This document shows positions 29,552 through 39,993 of a stretch of DNA of 56,729 bases, piece after piece. Below the pieces are notes generated by a model, which searched no databases, was not told where the DNA came from, and saw only the letters and a list, made by a program, of their open reading frames with translations. The stretch lies in contig JAFQFI010000016.1 in assembly GCA_017398655.1 (NCBI GenBank), positions 1 to 56,729 of the forward strand. Reading direction: 5' to 3'. Origin of the DNA: Clostridia bacterium. Lineage in GTDB: Bacteria > Bacillota > Clostridia > Christensenellales > UBA1242. Within the stretch, counting starts at the first letter, position 1. Each line of letters opens with the position of its first letter. Both the position numbers and the translations under genes were made by a program.

Positions 29552-30073
29552 TTATAAGTGAAATTTTATAACTGTGCCATTACTACATTGAAGCCATTGT
29601 ATTTGATTATCTTTTGGTATGCCGTTTAAGTAGGCATTAATTGCATATAGTGTAGAACTATGTGCACACAATAAAATGGTTGAGTTTTTTTCTGCTTTAC
29701 TTAAAATTTTTTCAAGTCCTATAAAACATCTATCAATAAAATCTTTACAAGTTTCAAATTTGTCATTTTCGTAAGCATAGTTTAAGTAATTATTGTTAAA
29801 GTCATCACCATATAAAAGGCGTTCTGCAGAGTTTAAAATTTGACGCTCGTTAAGTTCTTTTATAATAAACAAAGGTACATTAAATTTGTTGTTTATAATA
29901 TTTGCTGTTTGTAAAGTTCTTGTTCTTGGAGAACAAAAAATGGCTTTTATTTCTTCGTCTTTTATATATCTTAATGATTCTTTAATTTGTTTTGTTCCAC
30001 GCATTGTAAGTTTTCCGGTGTTTACATTTGTGTCGCCATGTCTTATAAAAATTAGCTTTATATTTTTTTTCAT
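29552..30073 (-). CDS. Histidine phosphatase family protein
   Basis: IRHGDT, SPRTRTLQTA, LNER, CAHS; start ATG 30073 after GGAG. Confidence 0.85.
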   Translation of the reverse strand: MKKNIKLIFIRHGDTNVNTGKLTMRGTKQIKESLRYIKDEEIKAIFCSPRTRTLQTANIINNKFNVPLFIIKELNERQILNSAERLLYGDDFNNNYLNYAYENDKFETCKDFIDRCFIGLEKILSKAEKNSTILLCAHSSTLYAINAYLNGIPKDNQIQWLQCSNGTVIKFHL

Positions 30074-30094
30074 TATATTCTCCAAAATTAATGT

Positions 30095-30832
30095 TTAAAT
30101 AAAATAGATAAAAGCAGCAATAATTATTTGGGCTGCATAATATAGCAAGTGATTTGCAAAAGTTAAAGGTTTGCTTTCTTGTTTTCCTCCAAAATATTGC
30201 ATTGAAAGAATAAGGTCGGAAGCCAAAAATAAAACAAAGCCAATTGCCAAAATAATAACAGGTGCTGTTAAACCAATAAATGATAGATAAACAGATAATG
30301 CAGTTGTTAACAATAAAATAAATGTGTAAAGGTTAACAATAGGAGTAAATTTTTCAAAATCAAATTTTAAAACCTTAACGGAAATTATCCATATAATAAA
30401 GGTTAGTATTAAACAACCTAAAGCAATTATTCCTAAGGTTAAAAGGCGAGAAGATGCAAATATATCAACTTGTTCTAAAGCAAGCAATAACAAGCCAAAT
30501 ATATTAAAAATATGTCCAATACTAAAAGCTGTCATACCACCTAAAAGGTATTGTTTTTTATGAAAAGGATATATAACTTTTAAATCAAGTAAAATATCAC
30601 CAATTAAACCACAAACAAGGCCTACTATTAAACAAGTTATTGTGTATCCACCATAATAACCAGTGCTATTTTTAGAAGTGCTTAAAAATAAAGCAAAAAT
30701 AACAAAGCAAAAAGAGGCAATTGTTTTGGTTAAAACGCCAACAACTCCACCTTTAGATAATCTAAAATGTAAAAATATACCTGTAGTTAATGCACATAAG
30801 CATAAACCAATTATGAGAATATATAAAGCCAT
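30095..30832 (-). CDS. YhhN / lysoplasmalogenase family membrane protein
   Basis: KTIASF, GLIGDILL, GMTAFSIGH, LFLASDLIL, LYYAAQ; start ATG 30832 after AGGGGG. Confidence 0.85.
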   Translation of the reverse strand: MALYILIIGLCLCALTTGIFLHFRLSKGGVVGVLTKTIASFCFVIFALFLSTSKNSTGYYGGYTITCLIVGLVCGLIGDILLDLKVIYPFHKKQYLLGGMTAFSIGHIFNIFGLLLLALEQVDIFASSRLLTLGIIALGCLILTFIIWIISVKVLKFDFEKFTPIVNLYTFILLLTTALSVYLSFIGLTAPVIILAIGFVLFLASDLILSMQYFGGKQESKPLTFANHLLYYAAQIIIAAFIYFI

Positions 30833-31052
30833 TATATTTCCCCCTAAATTAATACTTAAATTAATTATATATTTAAAAAATTTTTTTAGCAAATAAACAC
30901 AACTACTTTTTATTTTGGCAAATAATTACTTTTAACAAATACAAAATTGCTAAAATGTAACAGATAAAAGGCAAATAATCATTTTATAAATAAAAAAATT
31001 CTTTACATATTACAACTTTTTTTTTAAAATAAACAATAGGAGATGATTTATA

Positions 31053-32030
31053 ATGAAAAAAATAAATGTAGGCATAGTAGGTTATGGTAATTTAGGTAAA
31101 GGCGTTGAAAGCGCAATTAATCACAGTGAATATTTTAATCTTGTAAAAATATTTTCTAATCGTACAGGATTAACAAGTCCATTTAATAGCAGTTTTGAAG
31201 AAACTAAAAACCTTGAAAAATATTCTGGCAAAATTGACATTTTATTTTTGTGTGGTGGCAGTTATAGTGATATTGAAAAAATTGGACCAAGAGCAATAAA
31301 ATTATTTAACACAGTAGATAGTTTTGATACTCACGCAAAACTTGAAAAATACATAAACTCACTTGATAAAATGGCAAAAAATGCACAAAAAGTTGCAGTT
31401 AGTGCAGCTGGTTGGGACCCGGGTTTAATGAGTATGATGAGAATTATTTTCAATAGTGTTTCTCCAGTTCATACACCAGCAAATGCTTTTTGGGGTATGG
31501 GCGTAAGCCAAGGTCATAGTGACGCAATAAGAAGAGTTAATGGTGTTAAAAATGCTATTCAATATACAGTTCCAAACCAAAAAATTGTAAAGAGATGCGA
31601 AACAGAATTTGATTATGTTCCACAAGGTACAGAAAAACACAGCCGTCTTTGCTATGTTGTTTTAGAAGAAGATGCAGATAAAGAAGCAGTTAAAAACGAA
31701 ATTATTAATATGCCAAATTACTTCTTGGGTTATAACACAACAGTTAAATTTGTAAACGAAGAAAAATTAAAAAAGATGCAAGAAAAAATGTTCCATAAAG
31801 GTCTTGTTGTTAAAAACTTTAAGTGTAGTGACAAACACGCAACACAACTCAAATTTACTTTAGATGTAGAAAGCAATCCTTTCTTTACAGCAGAAGTTAT
31901 GGTTACTCTTGCTTGTGCTGTATACAAACTTAATAAAGAAAAGAAATTTGGTGCATATTCAGTTTTTGATATTCCACTTTCATATTTTTCTATGCAAGAT
32001 AGAAACACCTTAGTAAAAACACTTTTATAA
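31053..32030 (+). CDS. ddh: meso-diaminopimelate D-dehydrogenase
   Basis: GYGNLGKG, DSFDTHA, GWDPGL, FWGMGVSQGHSDAIRR, NPFFTA. Confidence 0.92.
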   Translation: MKKINVGIVGYGNLGKGVESAINHSEYFNLVKIFSNRTGLTSPFNSSFEETKNLEKYSGKIDILFLCGGSYSDIEKIGPRAIKLFNTVDSFDTHAKLEKYINSLDKMAKNAQKVAVSAAGWDPGLMSMMRIIFNSVSPVHTPANAFWGMGVSQGHSDAIRRVNGVKNAIQYTVPNQKIVKRCETEFDYVPQGTEKHSRLCYVVLEEDADKEAVKNEIINMPNYFLGYNTTVKFVNEEKLKKMQEKMFHKGLVVKNFKCSDKHATQLKFTLDVESNPFFTAEVMVTLACAVYKLNKEKKFGAYSVFDIPLSYFSMQDRNTLVKTLL

Positions 32031-32179
32031 AAAATCTAAAAAAACAAAACAAGAAAGGTTGAAAATAAACTTTTCTTGTTTTTTTGTGTTTTTTAAACCA
32101 AAAATAGCCAAATAACAGGCGTTTTTCATTTTAAAAAAATAAAAGTATGTGTTATTATTGATTAAGGGTACTTTTATTT

Positions 32180-33631
32180 ATGAATAAAAAATATGACTTA
32201 ATTATTGTTGGTATGGGACCAAGTGGTGTTTTTTGTGCATACGAGTTAATTCAAAAAAATAAACACAAAAACATTTTACTTATAGAGCAAGGCAGAAGTA
32301 TTGAAAAGCGTGGTTGTCCAATTGAAAAAACCGGCAAGTGTATGAAGTGTAAGCCATTTTGTAGCATCACTTGTGGTTTTTCTGGTGCAGGTGCTTTTTC
32401 TGACGGAAAAGTTAACTCATACCATATGGCAACTGGCGTAGCAGATAATTTATATATGGGTGGTAATGATGGTCCTTCTTTTAGGGCTGCTTTAAGCATA
32501 GAAGAAATTAAAAATTTATTTGCTTATACAGATGATATCTACCTTAAATTTGGTGGTAGCAAAGAACTAACTGGTTTAAACTATGCAAAAGAAATTAAAC
32601 AAATGCAAGATAAAGCACAAAAAGAAAATCTTGATTTAATTTACTTTCCAATTAGACACTTAGGCACAGAAAAAGCTCATTTGTTATATGGAAAATTACA
32701 AAAATATCTTGAAGACCATGGCGTAGAAATGATTTTTGACACAATTGTAAGCGATTTGATTATTGAAAACAACGAAGTTAAAGGTGTTAAAACAATTTCT
32801 TCATACACAAAAGATAACGAACAAACTTATTATGCAGACAATGTTTGTTTGGCTGTTGGCAGAAAGGGTGCTGATTGGCTTTCAAATATGTGCAGAAAAT
32901 ATAACATTGAAAATCGTTCTGGTGCAGTTGATATTGGTGTTAGATATGAACTTCCAGACGAAGTTATGAAAGATGTAAATAAATATTTCTATGAAGCAAA
33001 ATTTATTGGTCGTCCTTCACCTTTCTGTGATAAGGTTAGGGCTTTCTGTCAAAACCCAAGTGGCTTTGTTGCAACAGAAGTTTATGATAATGCTTTAACA
33101 TTGGTTAACGGCCATAGTTATAAAGATAAAAAAAGCACAAACACAAACTTAGCAATTCTTGTTTCTCACAAATTTACACACCCATTTGATAAACCAATAC
33201 AATATGGTATAAATGTTGCAGAAAACTTAAACCAATTAGGCGAAGGCAATATTGTTGTTCAAAGATTGGGCGATATTTATAGGGGAAAAAGAACTTGGCA
33301 ACACGAACTTGAAAATAATAAAGTAGAGCCAACTTTAAAATCTGCTGTTGCAGGTGATATTACATACGCTTTGGGCTACAGAACAATGACAAACATTTTA
33401 CAATTTATCAGAAGCGTAGATAAGGTTGTTGAAGGTTTTGCTAACCCAGAAAACTTATTGTATGGACCAGAAATAAAATTCTACAGCAACGAAATTTTGC
33501 TTGATAAAGAATTTCAAACAAGTGTTAAAAACTTGTATGCTATAGGCGATGGACCGGGACAAACAACTGGTCTTATTATGTCAAGTGCTGCAGGCGTACA
33601 ACTTGCAAGATTTTTAGATAAAAAGTTTTAA
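32180..33631 (+). CDS. FAD/NAD(P)-dependent oxidoreductase with Cys cluster (COG2509-like)
   Basis: IVGMGPSG, CP...CMKCKPFC, GAGAFSDGK, FCQNPSG, VNGHS, YAIGDG. Confidence 0.85.
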   Translation: MNKKYDLIIVGMGPSGVFCAYELIQKNKHKNILLIEQGRSIEKRGCPIEKTGKCMKCKPFCSITCGFSGAGAFSDGKVNSYHMATGVADNLYMGGNDGPSFRAALSIEEIKNLFAYTDDIYLKFGGSKELTGLNYAKEIKQMQDKAQKENLDLIYFPIRHLGTEKAHLLYGKLQKYLEDHGVEMIFDTIVSDLIIENNEVKGVKTISSYTKDNEQTYYADNVCLAVGRKGADWLSNMCRKYNIENRSGAVDIGVRYELPDEVMKDVNKYFYEAKFIGRPSPFCDKVRAFCQNPSGFVATEVYDNALTLVNGHSYKDKKSTNTNLAILVSHKFTHPFDKPIQYGINVAENLNQLGEGNIVVQRLGDIYRGKRTWQHELENNKVEPTLKSAVAGDITYALGYRTMTNILQFIRSVDKVVEGFANPENLLYGPEIKFYSNEILLDKEFQTSVKNLYAIGDGPGQTTGLIMSSAAGVQLARFLDKKF

Positions 33632-33657
33632 TAAAAAAAACAAAAGGTAAACAAAAA

Positions 33658-35025
33658 ATGATTAAACTAAATTATTTCAACTGTTTAAAAGATGAATATT
33701 TAAAAGACGGATTAAAAGAAAATCAAATTTTAAATAATAAGTATGAAAAAGAACTTAAAAAAGTTATTACAAATAAATCTCGTGCTATGATGGATTGGCT
33801 TGACCTTCCTTATCAAGACAAAAAGACAATTGATGAAATTCAACTTTTTGGTAAAAAGATTCCCAGATTGTATGAAAATTTTGTAGTTCTTGGTATAGGT
33901 GGTTCTGCACTTGGCGCAAAAGCTGTAAAACAAGCATTATATTCAACAACTCCTGATGAAAAAGAAGGAAAGAAAATAAAAATTAAAGTTGTTGATAATG
34001 TTGATGCAGAAAGTTTTAACAAACTTTTAAACAAAGTTAATCTTAAAAAGACAATGTTTAATGTTGTTACAAAAAGTGGAACAACTGTTGAAATTCTTAC
34101 TATGTTTGCAGTTGTTTTAGAAAAACTTCAAAAAGAACTTGGCGACGATTATTTTGTTAACCTTGTTGTTACAACAGAAAGAGACAATGTTTTATGGAAG
34201 TTCTGTCAAGAAAGAAACATTAAAACTTATGAAGTTCCAAAAGGTGTAGGTGGCAGATATAGTGTATTATGTCCAGTAGGATTACTCCCTTGCGCTGTAA
34301 TGGGCTTAGATTTACACAAAATGTTGCTTGGTGCTAAACAAGTATTAGAAAACTTCAAACAACAAGAAGGCAAACAAAACCTTTGTTATGTTTCTGCTTT
34401 AATTAATTACACTTATATTACAAATGGTAAAAAGGAGATTGTATTACTTCCTTATTCAAATCGACTTAACAGAATGACCGATTTTTATATTCAATTATTA
34501 AGTGAAAGTTTGGGCAAAGAAAAATCTTTATCAGGTAAAGCAAATAAAATTTTCTTTACACCAAGTAAAGCAGAAGGTGTTACTTACCAACATAGTTTGC
34601 TTCAAATGTATCAAGAAGGTTCAAAGGATAGATTGTTCTGCTTTATTAACTTAACAAAGCACAACGAAGATATAAAAATCCCTAAATTTAAAGATGCAAA
34701 CTTAGATAAATATTTACCAAAAACAATGGTTAATTTAATGAAAGAAGAACAAATTGGTTCTTCACTTGCATACAAAAAAGCAGGACACCCAAGTTATGAA
34801 CTTGTAGTTCCTGTATTAAATGAAGAAAATATCGGTGCATTGTTATTCTATTTTGAATTAACAACAGCACTTATGGCAGAAATGATGGGTATTAACGCTT
34901 ACGACCAACAAGGCGTAGAAATGCAAAAGAAATATACTAAAGCTTTAATTGGTACAAAAGGTTTTGAATCTGTTCAAGACGAACTTACTAAACTTCTTAA
35001 TAATAAAGAAAATTATGAATTATAA
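33658..35025 (+). CDS. pgi: Glucose-6-phosphate isomerase
   Basis: LGIGGSALG, TKSGTT, VGGRYSV, QLLSESLGK, QHS, DQQGVE. Confidence 0.92.
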   Translation: MIKLNYFNCLKDEYLKDGLKENQILNNKYEKELKKVITNKSRAMMDWLDLPYQDKKTIDEIQLFGKKIPRLYENFVVLGIGGSALGAKAVKQALYSTTPDEKEGKKIKIKVVDNVDAESFNKLLNKVNLKKTMFNVVTKSGTTVEILTMFAVVLEKLQKELGDDYFVNLVVTTERDNVLWKFCQERNIKTYEVPKGVGGRYSVLCPVGLLPCAVMGLDLHKMLLGAKQVLENFKQQEGKQNLCYVSALINYTYITNGKKEIVLLPYSNRLNRMTDFYIQLLSESLGKEKSLSGKANKIFFTPSKAEGVTYQHSLLQMYQEGSKDRLFCFINLTKHNEDIKIPKFKDANLDKYLPKTMVNLMKEEQIGSSLAYKKAGHPSYELVVPVLNEENIGALLFYFELTTALMAEMMGINAYDQQGVEMQKKYTKALIGTKGFESVQDELTKLLNNKENYEL

Positions 35026-35133
35026 TTTTTAAATTTTAAAGAAAAATTTATTATAAAAATTAATTTATAAAAACAAAAAAAAAGACCAAATTATTTTGGT
35101 CTTTTTATTTTTATTAAATTTTTGTTTTTTTAA

Positions 35134-37833
35134 TTAAACTTCATCGTTGTTTTCTGCGTTAATAACAACTTGTGATTTTCTTTGGTCTTTTTTCTTTTGG
35201 CCAAATTTTACAAGTTCTACAATAGGAACAATTAACAAAGAGCAACCAAAAACTACTAACCATTGAACTAAACTTAATTGAGTTAAGTTTAAAATTCCTG
35301 CAACAGGTGGGATAAGAGCAACAAGTAAAATAATTGCAAGTTCACCAACAAAAGCAGCATTTAAGAGTTTATTTGTAAATGGATTTGAAGCAAATATACT
35401 ATGATTTGTTCTTACAGAATACATATGGAATAATTGAACAATGTTAATTGTTAAGAAAGCCATAGTTGTTGCTGCTGCAGGAGAACCAAAACCGAAAAGT
35501 CCAATCATATAAACTGCTAAAACGATAAGTGCTTGTGTACAACCTTGGTAAATAATGTTAAATCCGACTCTACCACCAATAATATATTGTTTAGGGTCTC
35601 GAGGTGGCTGTTTCATTAAATCACTTTCTGCTTCGTTGCAACCAAGGGCAATAGAAGGGAAGGTATCTGTAACTAAGTTTGTAAACAATATTTGAACGGC
35701 TGTAAATAATGTATATTGTGGGAATAATAATGTAATAGCAAAAATTGATAAAACTTCAGCAATGTTTGTTCCAAGTAAAAATTGAATGGTTTTTTGAATA
35801 TTTCCAAAAATCTTTCTGCCTTCTTCAACAGCTAAAACGATTGTTGCAAAGTTATCATCTGTTAAAATCATATCAGCAACATCTTTTGTTACTTCTGTAC
35901 CAACATTGCCCATACCAATACCAATGTTTGCAGATTTAATACTTGGGGCATCGTTAACGCCATCACCAGTCATAGCAACAACTTTACCATTGGCTTGTAA
36001 TGCTTTAACAATTCTTACTTTATGTTCTGGACTAACACGAGTGAAAACTCTAAATTTATTAATTTCTTTTACAAGTTGTTCGTCTGTAAATTGATCAAGG
36101 TGACTGCCATTAACAACTTCTTTTTCGCTTTTAACCATACCAAGTTCTTTTGCAATTGCATAAGCTGTATCTTTATGGTCGCCAGTAATCATAATAGCTT
36201 TCATACCAGCTTGACGACATTTAATTAATGCATCAAAAACTTCTTCTCTTGGTGGGTCAATCATACCACTAAGACCTACAAAAACAAGATCTTTTTCTTT
36301 TATTTTTTCAGATTTAACTTCGCCGTCAACCAAGGTTGCTGGGTCTAATTCTTTTGTTGCATAAGCAAGAACTCTTAATGCTTTTGCACCCATTGCTTTG
36401 TTTGCTTCTTTAATTAAATCTAAATCTTTTACAGTAATTTTTCTTACTTTGCCATCTTGCATAATATGTGTGCAAAGTTTTAATAATTCGTCAACAGCAC
36501 CTTTTGTATATTGTACAAGTTTACCATCTTCAAGGTTTACTGTAGACATAAGTTTTCTTACGCTATCAAAAGGAATTTCTCCAACTCTGTTAAATTTATT
36601 TTCAAGAGATTTTTTGTTAAATTTAAATCTTTCTGCAAATTGAACTAAAGCAATTTCTGTTGGATCACCTAAGTAACCATCTTTTTGTTTTTTAGCATCA
36701 TTACATAATGCCATACATTTAAGTAATGTATTTGATTCTGGGTTGTTAAGTTCTGGGTCTGAGTTATATGAAGTTTGGTTAAAGAAAACTTCTCTAACAG
36801 TCATTTTATTTTGAGTAATTGTTCCAGTTTTGTCAGAGCAAATTACTTGGCAACAGCCCAATGTTTCTACTGCATGTAACTTTTTAATAATTGTATTTTT
36901 CTTAGCAAGTTTTGTAACACCAATTGATAAAATAATTGTAACAACGGCAGGTAAACTTTCTGGAATAGCCGCAACAGCAATAGCAACAGCAGTTAAGAAA
37001 GAATCCATCCAACCTTGACCTGTAAATAAAAGGTCTACCAAGAAAATAACAAGGGCAATACCTAAAACGATAAAGGTGATAATTTCGCCAAGTTTTGCCA
37101 AACTTTTTTGAAGAGGGGTAACTTCTTTTTTCTCTTGAGAAAGCATTGAAGCAATTTTACCCATTTCTGCATCAGAACCAGTTGCAACTACAACGCCTTC
37201 ACCTCTACCATAAACAACAGTTGTAGAAGAAAAACACATATTTTTTCTATCGCCCAAACTTGTTTTGTCTGGTAAAACAATTCCTGCAGTTTTTTCAACA
37301 GGTAAACTTTCGCCTGTAAGGGAAGCTTCATCACATTTTAAACTTGCACTTTCTAAAAGCAAAAGGTCTGCCGGAACAACATCACCAGCTTCAAGTAAAA
37401 CAATATCGCCAACAACAAGTTCACTTGTCTTAACCTTTTTTTCTTCGCCATTTCTAATAACAGTTGTGTATGGCTGAGACATTTTTCTTAAAGCGTCCAG
37501 TGCGTTTTCGGCTTTTAACTCCTGCGTAAAACCAAGGGTTGCATTAATAAGAACAATTACAAAAATAATTATAGAGTCAATTAATTCTGTACTACTTTTT
37601 TCAATTATTGCAAAAACAAGAGAAATAATTGCTGCAACAATCAAAATTAAAACCATAATGTCTTTAAACTGTGCTAAAAATTTTAAAAAATAATTGGTTT
37701 TCTTTTTATGTTCTAAACTATTTTCACCGTTTTCAGATAATCTTTTTGCTGCTTCAACATCTGTTAAACCATCTTGAGATGTGTTAAGTTCTTTTAATGT
37801 TTGACTAACCGATTTGTTGTAAAAACTTTTCAT
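35134..37833 (-). CDS. P2A-type Ca2+/Mn2+-transporting ATPase (YoaB/YloB-like)
   Basis: TGES, AVAAIPESLP, CSDKTGT, KGA, DPPR, TGD, GDGVND, NLVTD; under a yybP-ykoY riboswitch. Confidence 0.92.
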   Translation of the reverse strand: MKSFYNKSVSQTLKELNTSQDGLTDVEAAKRLSENGENSLEHKKKTNYFLKFLAQFKDIMVLILIVAAIISLVFAIIEKSSTELIDSIIIFVIVLINATLGFTQELKAENALDALRKMSQPYTTVIRNGEEKKVKTSELVVGDIVLLEAGDVVPADLLLLESASLKCDEASLTGESLPVEKTAGIVLPDKTSLGDRKNMCFSSTTVVYGRGEGVVVATGSDAEMGKIASMLSQEKKEVTPLQKSLAKLGEIITFIVLGIALVIFLVDLLFTGQGWMDSFLTAVAIAVAAIPESLPAVVTIILSIGVTKLAKKNTIIKKLHAVETLGCCQVICSDKTGTITQNKMTVREVFFNQTSYNSDPELNNPESNTLLKCMALCNDAKKQKDGYLGDPTEIALVQFAERFKFNKKSLENKFNRVGEIPFDSVRKLMSTVNLEDGKLVQYTKGAVDELLKLCTHIMQDGKVRKITVKDLDLIKEANKAMGAKALRVLAYATKELDPATLVDGEVKSEKIKEKDLVFVGLSGMIDPPREEVFDALIKCRQAGMKAIMITGDHKDTAYAIAKELGMVKSEKEVVNGSHLDQFTDEQLVKEINKFRVFTRVSPEHKVRIVKALQANGKVVAMTGDGVNDAPSIKSANIGIGMGNVGTEVTKDVADMILTDDNFATIVLAVEEGRKIFGNIQKTIQFLLGTNIAEVLSIFAITLLFPQYTLFTAVQILFTNLVTDTFPSIALGCNEAESDLMKQPPRDPKQYIIGGRVGFNIIYQGCTQALIVLAVYMIGLFGFGSPAAATTMAFLTINIVQLFHMYSVRTNHSIFASNPFTNKLLNAAFVGELAIILLVALIPPVAGILNLTQLSLVQWLVVFGCSLLIVPIVELVKFGQKKKDQRKSQVVINAENNDEV

Positions 37834-37892
37834 CTTTTTCTCCTTATAAATTATAGCGTAAATTTGAGTAATTAATATATTATATTGTAATT

Positions 37893-37963
37893 AAAAAAGA
37901 CCTATGCTACATAATTACACAATGCAAAATGTTAGCATCATATAAATATTTAAGCATAAGTCT
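37893..37963 (-). terminator. Riboswitch-controlled intrinsic terminator
   Basis: Minus strand AGACTTATGCT...AGCATAGGTCT followed by a T-run; its 5' arm overlaps the aptamer P1 3' strand. Confidence 0.7.
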
Positions 37964-38046
37964 GGTTAATTAAGATTGAACCTGATAATAATTATCTTGC
38001 TGTAGGTCAATCACTTCTATTTTAAAGAAGCTAACTACTCCCTTAT
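37956..38046 (-). ncRNA. yybP-ykoY (Mn2+) riboswitch
   Basis: ATAAG-GGAGTAG-TTA...TAACC-AGA-CTTAT P1/L1; P2 CTTCT/AGAAG; P3 GATTGACCT/AGGTTCAATC with A-rich ACAGCAA loop; P4 GATAAT/ATTATC; upstream of a P-type ATPase. Confidence 0.82.
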
Positions 38047-38115
38047 TACAAATAAGATAATATCATATAAAACCATTAAAAATCAAATTAAATTTAAATT
38101 TTATTAATATATATG

Positions 38116-39816
38116 TTACATTTTTTCTAAAGCGTCAATACCAAGTAATTTTAAGCCATTTGCTAAAACTATTTTTGTTGCATTAACTAAAGCCAATCTT
38201 GTTTGATTAATTTTATCATTTTCCACAACCCTGTTGGTATTGTAATATTTGTTAAATGCTTTACTTATATCAATAAGAATTCTGCTTACATAGCAAGGTT
38301 CAAATTTTTCGCAAGCACTTTTAACAACTTCTGGAAATCTGTTTAAAGTTTTAATAAGCTCATAACTGGATTCATTTTCAATTTGAGTGTAATCCATATC
38401 ATAAATATAATCTTCACTTGTTTTAGATTTTTTCATTATACTGCAACATCTTGCGTGTGTATATTGTATATAAGGACTGGTTTCTCCATTAAAATCAAGA
38501 GCTTCGTCAATATCAAAAACAACATCTTTTATTTTTTCATTTTTAACGGCACTAAATACAACAGCACCAACACCAACAGAAGTACTTATTTTTGTTTTTT
38601 CTTCTTCCGTTAAAGTTTTGCTTTCGTTTACAATGTTGCGTGTTTTATTTATAGAATAACTTAAAATATCTTTTAAAATTGCTTGTTTGCCCTTTCTGCT
38701 TGCAATTTTTCCATCTGGCAAACTAAATCTGCCATAAAAAATGTGGTGTAGGTTGCAAGCATAATCTCTACCAAGTAAATCTAATACTTTAAAAAATTGA
38801 CTAAAGTGAAGTTTTTGCGAAACATCTGTTACATATAAACTTTTGTAGAAATTATAATTTTTATATCTATCATCACAAGCAGCCAAATCTCTTGTGGCAT
38901 ATAAACTTGAGCCGTCTGTTTTTCTAATTAAACAAGCACCTAAATTGTATTCTGACAAATCAACAATTTTAGCTCCATTACTATCTTGCAATAAACCTTT
39001 TTGTTCTAATTCTTTAACAACAGGTTCCATTTTATCGCTATAGTAACTTTCGCCACGCCAACTATCAAATTTAATGTTTAATAAACTATAAATTTTTTGT
39101 GTTTCGTCAATAGAAATTTTAATAAACTTCTCGTATATAGGATAAACTTCTGGGTCTTTCTTTTCTATTTTTGCAAAGCAAATTCTTGCTTGTTCGTTAA
39201 GGTCATCATTTTCTTCAGCTTCTTGACAAAATTTTATGTAAAGGTCTTGAATATAATCAACACCCTTTGCGTTTAAATCTTGTTCGTTTCCCCACAACTT
39301 ATAAGCAGTAATCATTTTGCCAAAAGGAGTGCCATAATCGCCAACATAGTTAATAGCAACGGTGTTGTATCCTAAAAAGTTGAAAATATTTCTTAAACAA
39401 TTACCAATAACAGTTGTGCTTAGGTGACCAATATGCATATATTTTGCAAGGTTAACAGAAGAAAAATCTAAGCATACTGTTTTGTTTAAACCTTCATCAC
39501 TTTTTCCAAAACTATCTTTGCTTGCCAAAATTTCTGCTAAAACATTTAAACTAACAATCTTTTTGTTTAAAAAGAAATTTAAATATCCACCAACAACTTG
39601 TGTCTTTTCAACAATGCTTGTGTAATCAAAATCTTTAGTTAAATCCTCTGCAACTTGAACTGGTGATTTTTTTAATGCTTTAACCCAAGTAAAGCAAGGC
39701 ATACAAAAATCTCCCATTGCTGTGTTTGGTGGAACAGAAATATTTTCTGGCAATAAATTAAAATTTTCTCTTACTTGTTTACTAAAGCAATTAATAATAA
39801 GTTTTTTAATATCCAT
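38116..39816 (-). CDS. argS: Arginine--tRNA ligase
   Basis: DFSSVNLAKYMHIGH, NYVGDYG, GESYY, YATRDLA, IASRKG, GETSPYIQYTHAR; start moved to ATG 39816. Confidence 0.95.
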   Translation of the reverse strand: MDIKKLIINCFSKQVRENFNLLPENISVPPNTAMGDFCMPCFTWVKALKKSPVQVAEDLTKDFDYTSIVEKTQVVGGYLNFFLNKKIVSLNVLAEILASKDSFGKSDEGLNKTVCLDFSSVNLAKYMHIGHLSTTVIGNCLRNIFNFLGYNTVAINYVGDYGTPFGKMITAYKLWGNEQDLNAKGVDYIQDLYIKFCQEAEENDDLNEQARICFAKIEKKDPEVYPIYEKFIKISIDETQKIYSLLNIKFDSWRGESYYSDKMEPVVKELEQKGLLQDSNGAKIVDLSEYNLGACLIRKTDGSSLYATRDLAACDDRYKNYNFYKSLYVTDVSQKLHFSQFFKVLDLLGRDYACNLHHIFYGRFSLPDGKIASRKGKQAILKDILSYSINKTRNIVNESKTLTEEEKTKISTSVGVGAVVFSAVKNEKIKDVVFDIDEALDFNGETSPYIQYTHARCCSIMKKSKTSEDYIYDMDYTQIENESSYELIKTLNRFPEVVKSACEKFEPCYVSRILIDISKAFNKYYNTNRVVENDKINQTRLALVNATKIVLANGLKLLGIDALEKM

Positions 39817-39993
39817 ATCGTTAGATTTTACCTTTTTTAAATTATAAAAATGCAAAAGTATTTTAACACATAAAAAGCATTAAATAAAGTAAAAATTAAA
39901 ATATATCATTAATTAATATATACATAAAACAAATTGTTTGACATTATGTTTGCAAAAATTTTAAACTAAAAAAAACAAATAAAAGAGGCAATT

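Noticed and set aside
39817-39993. T-box leader upstream of argS (also looked upstream of proB and glyA for T-box or riboswitches)
   Set aside because: No T-box consensus, specifier stem or terminator; the spacers are short and nearly all A/T.
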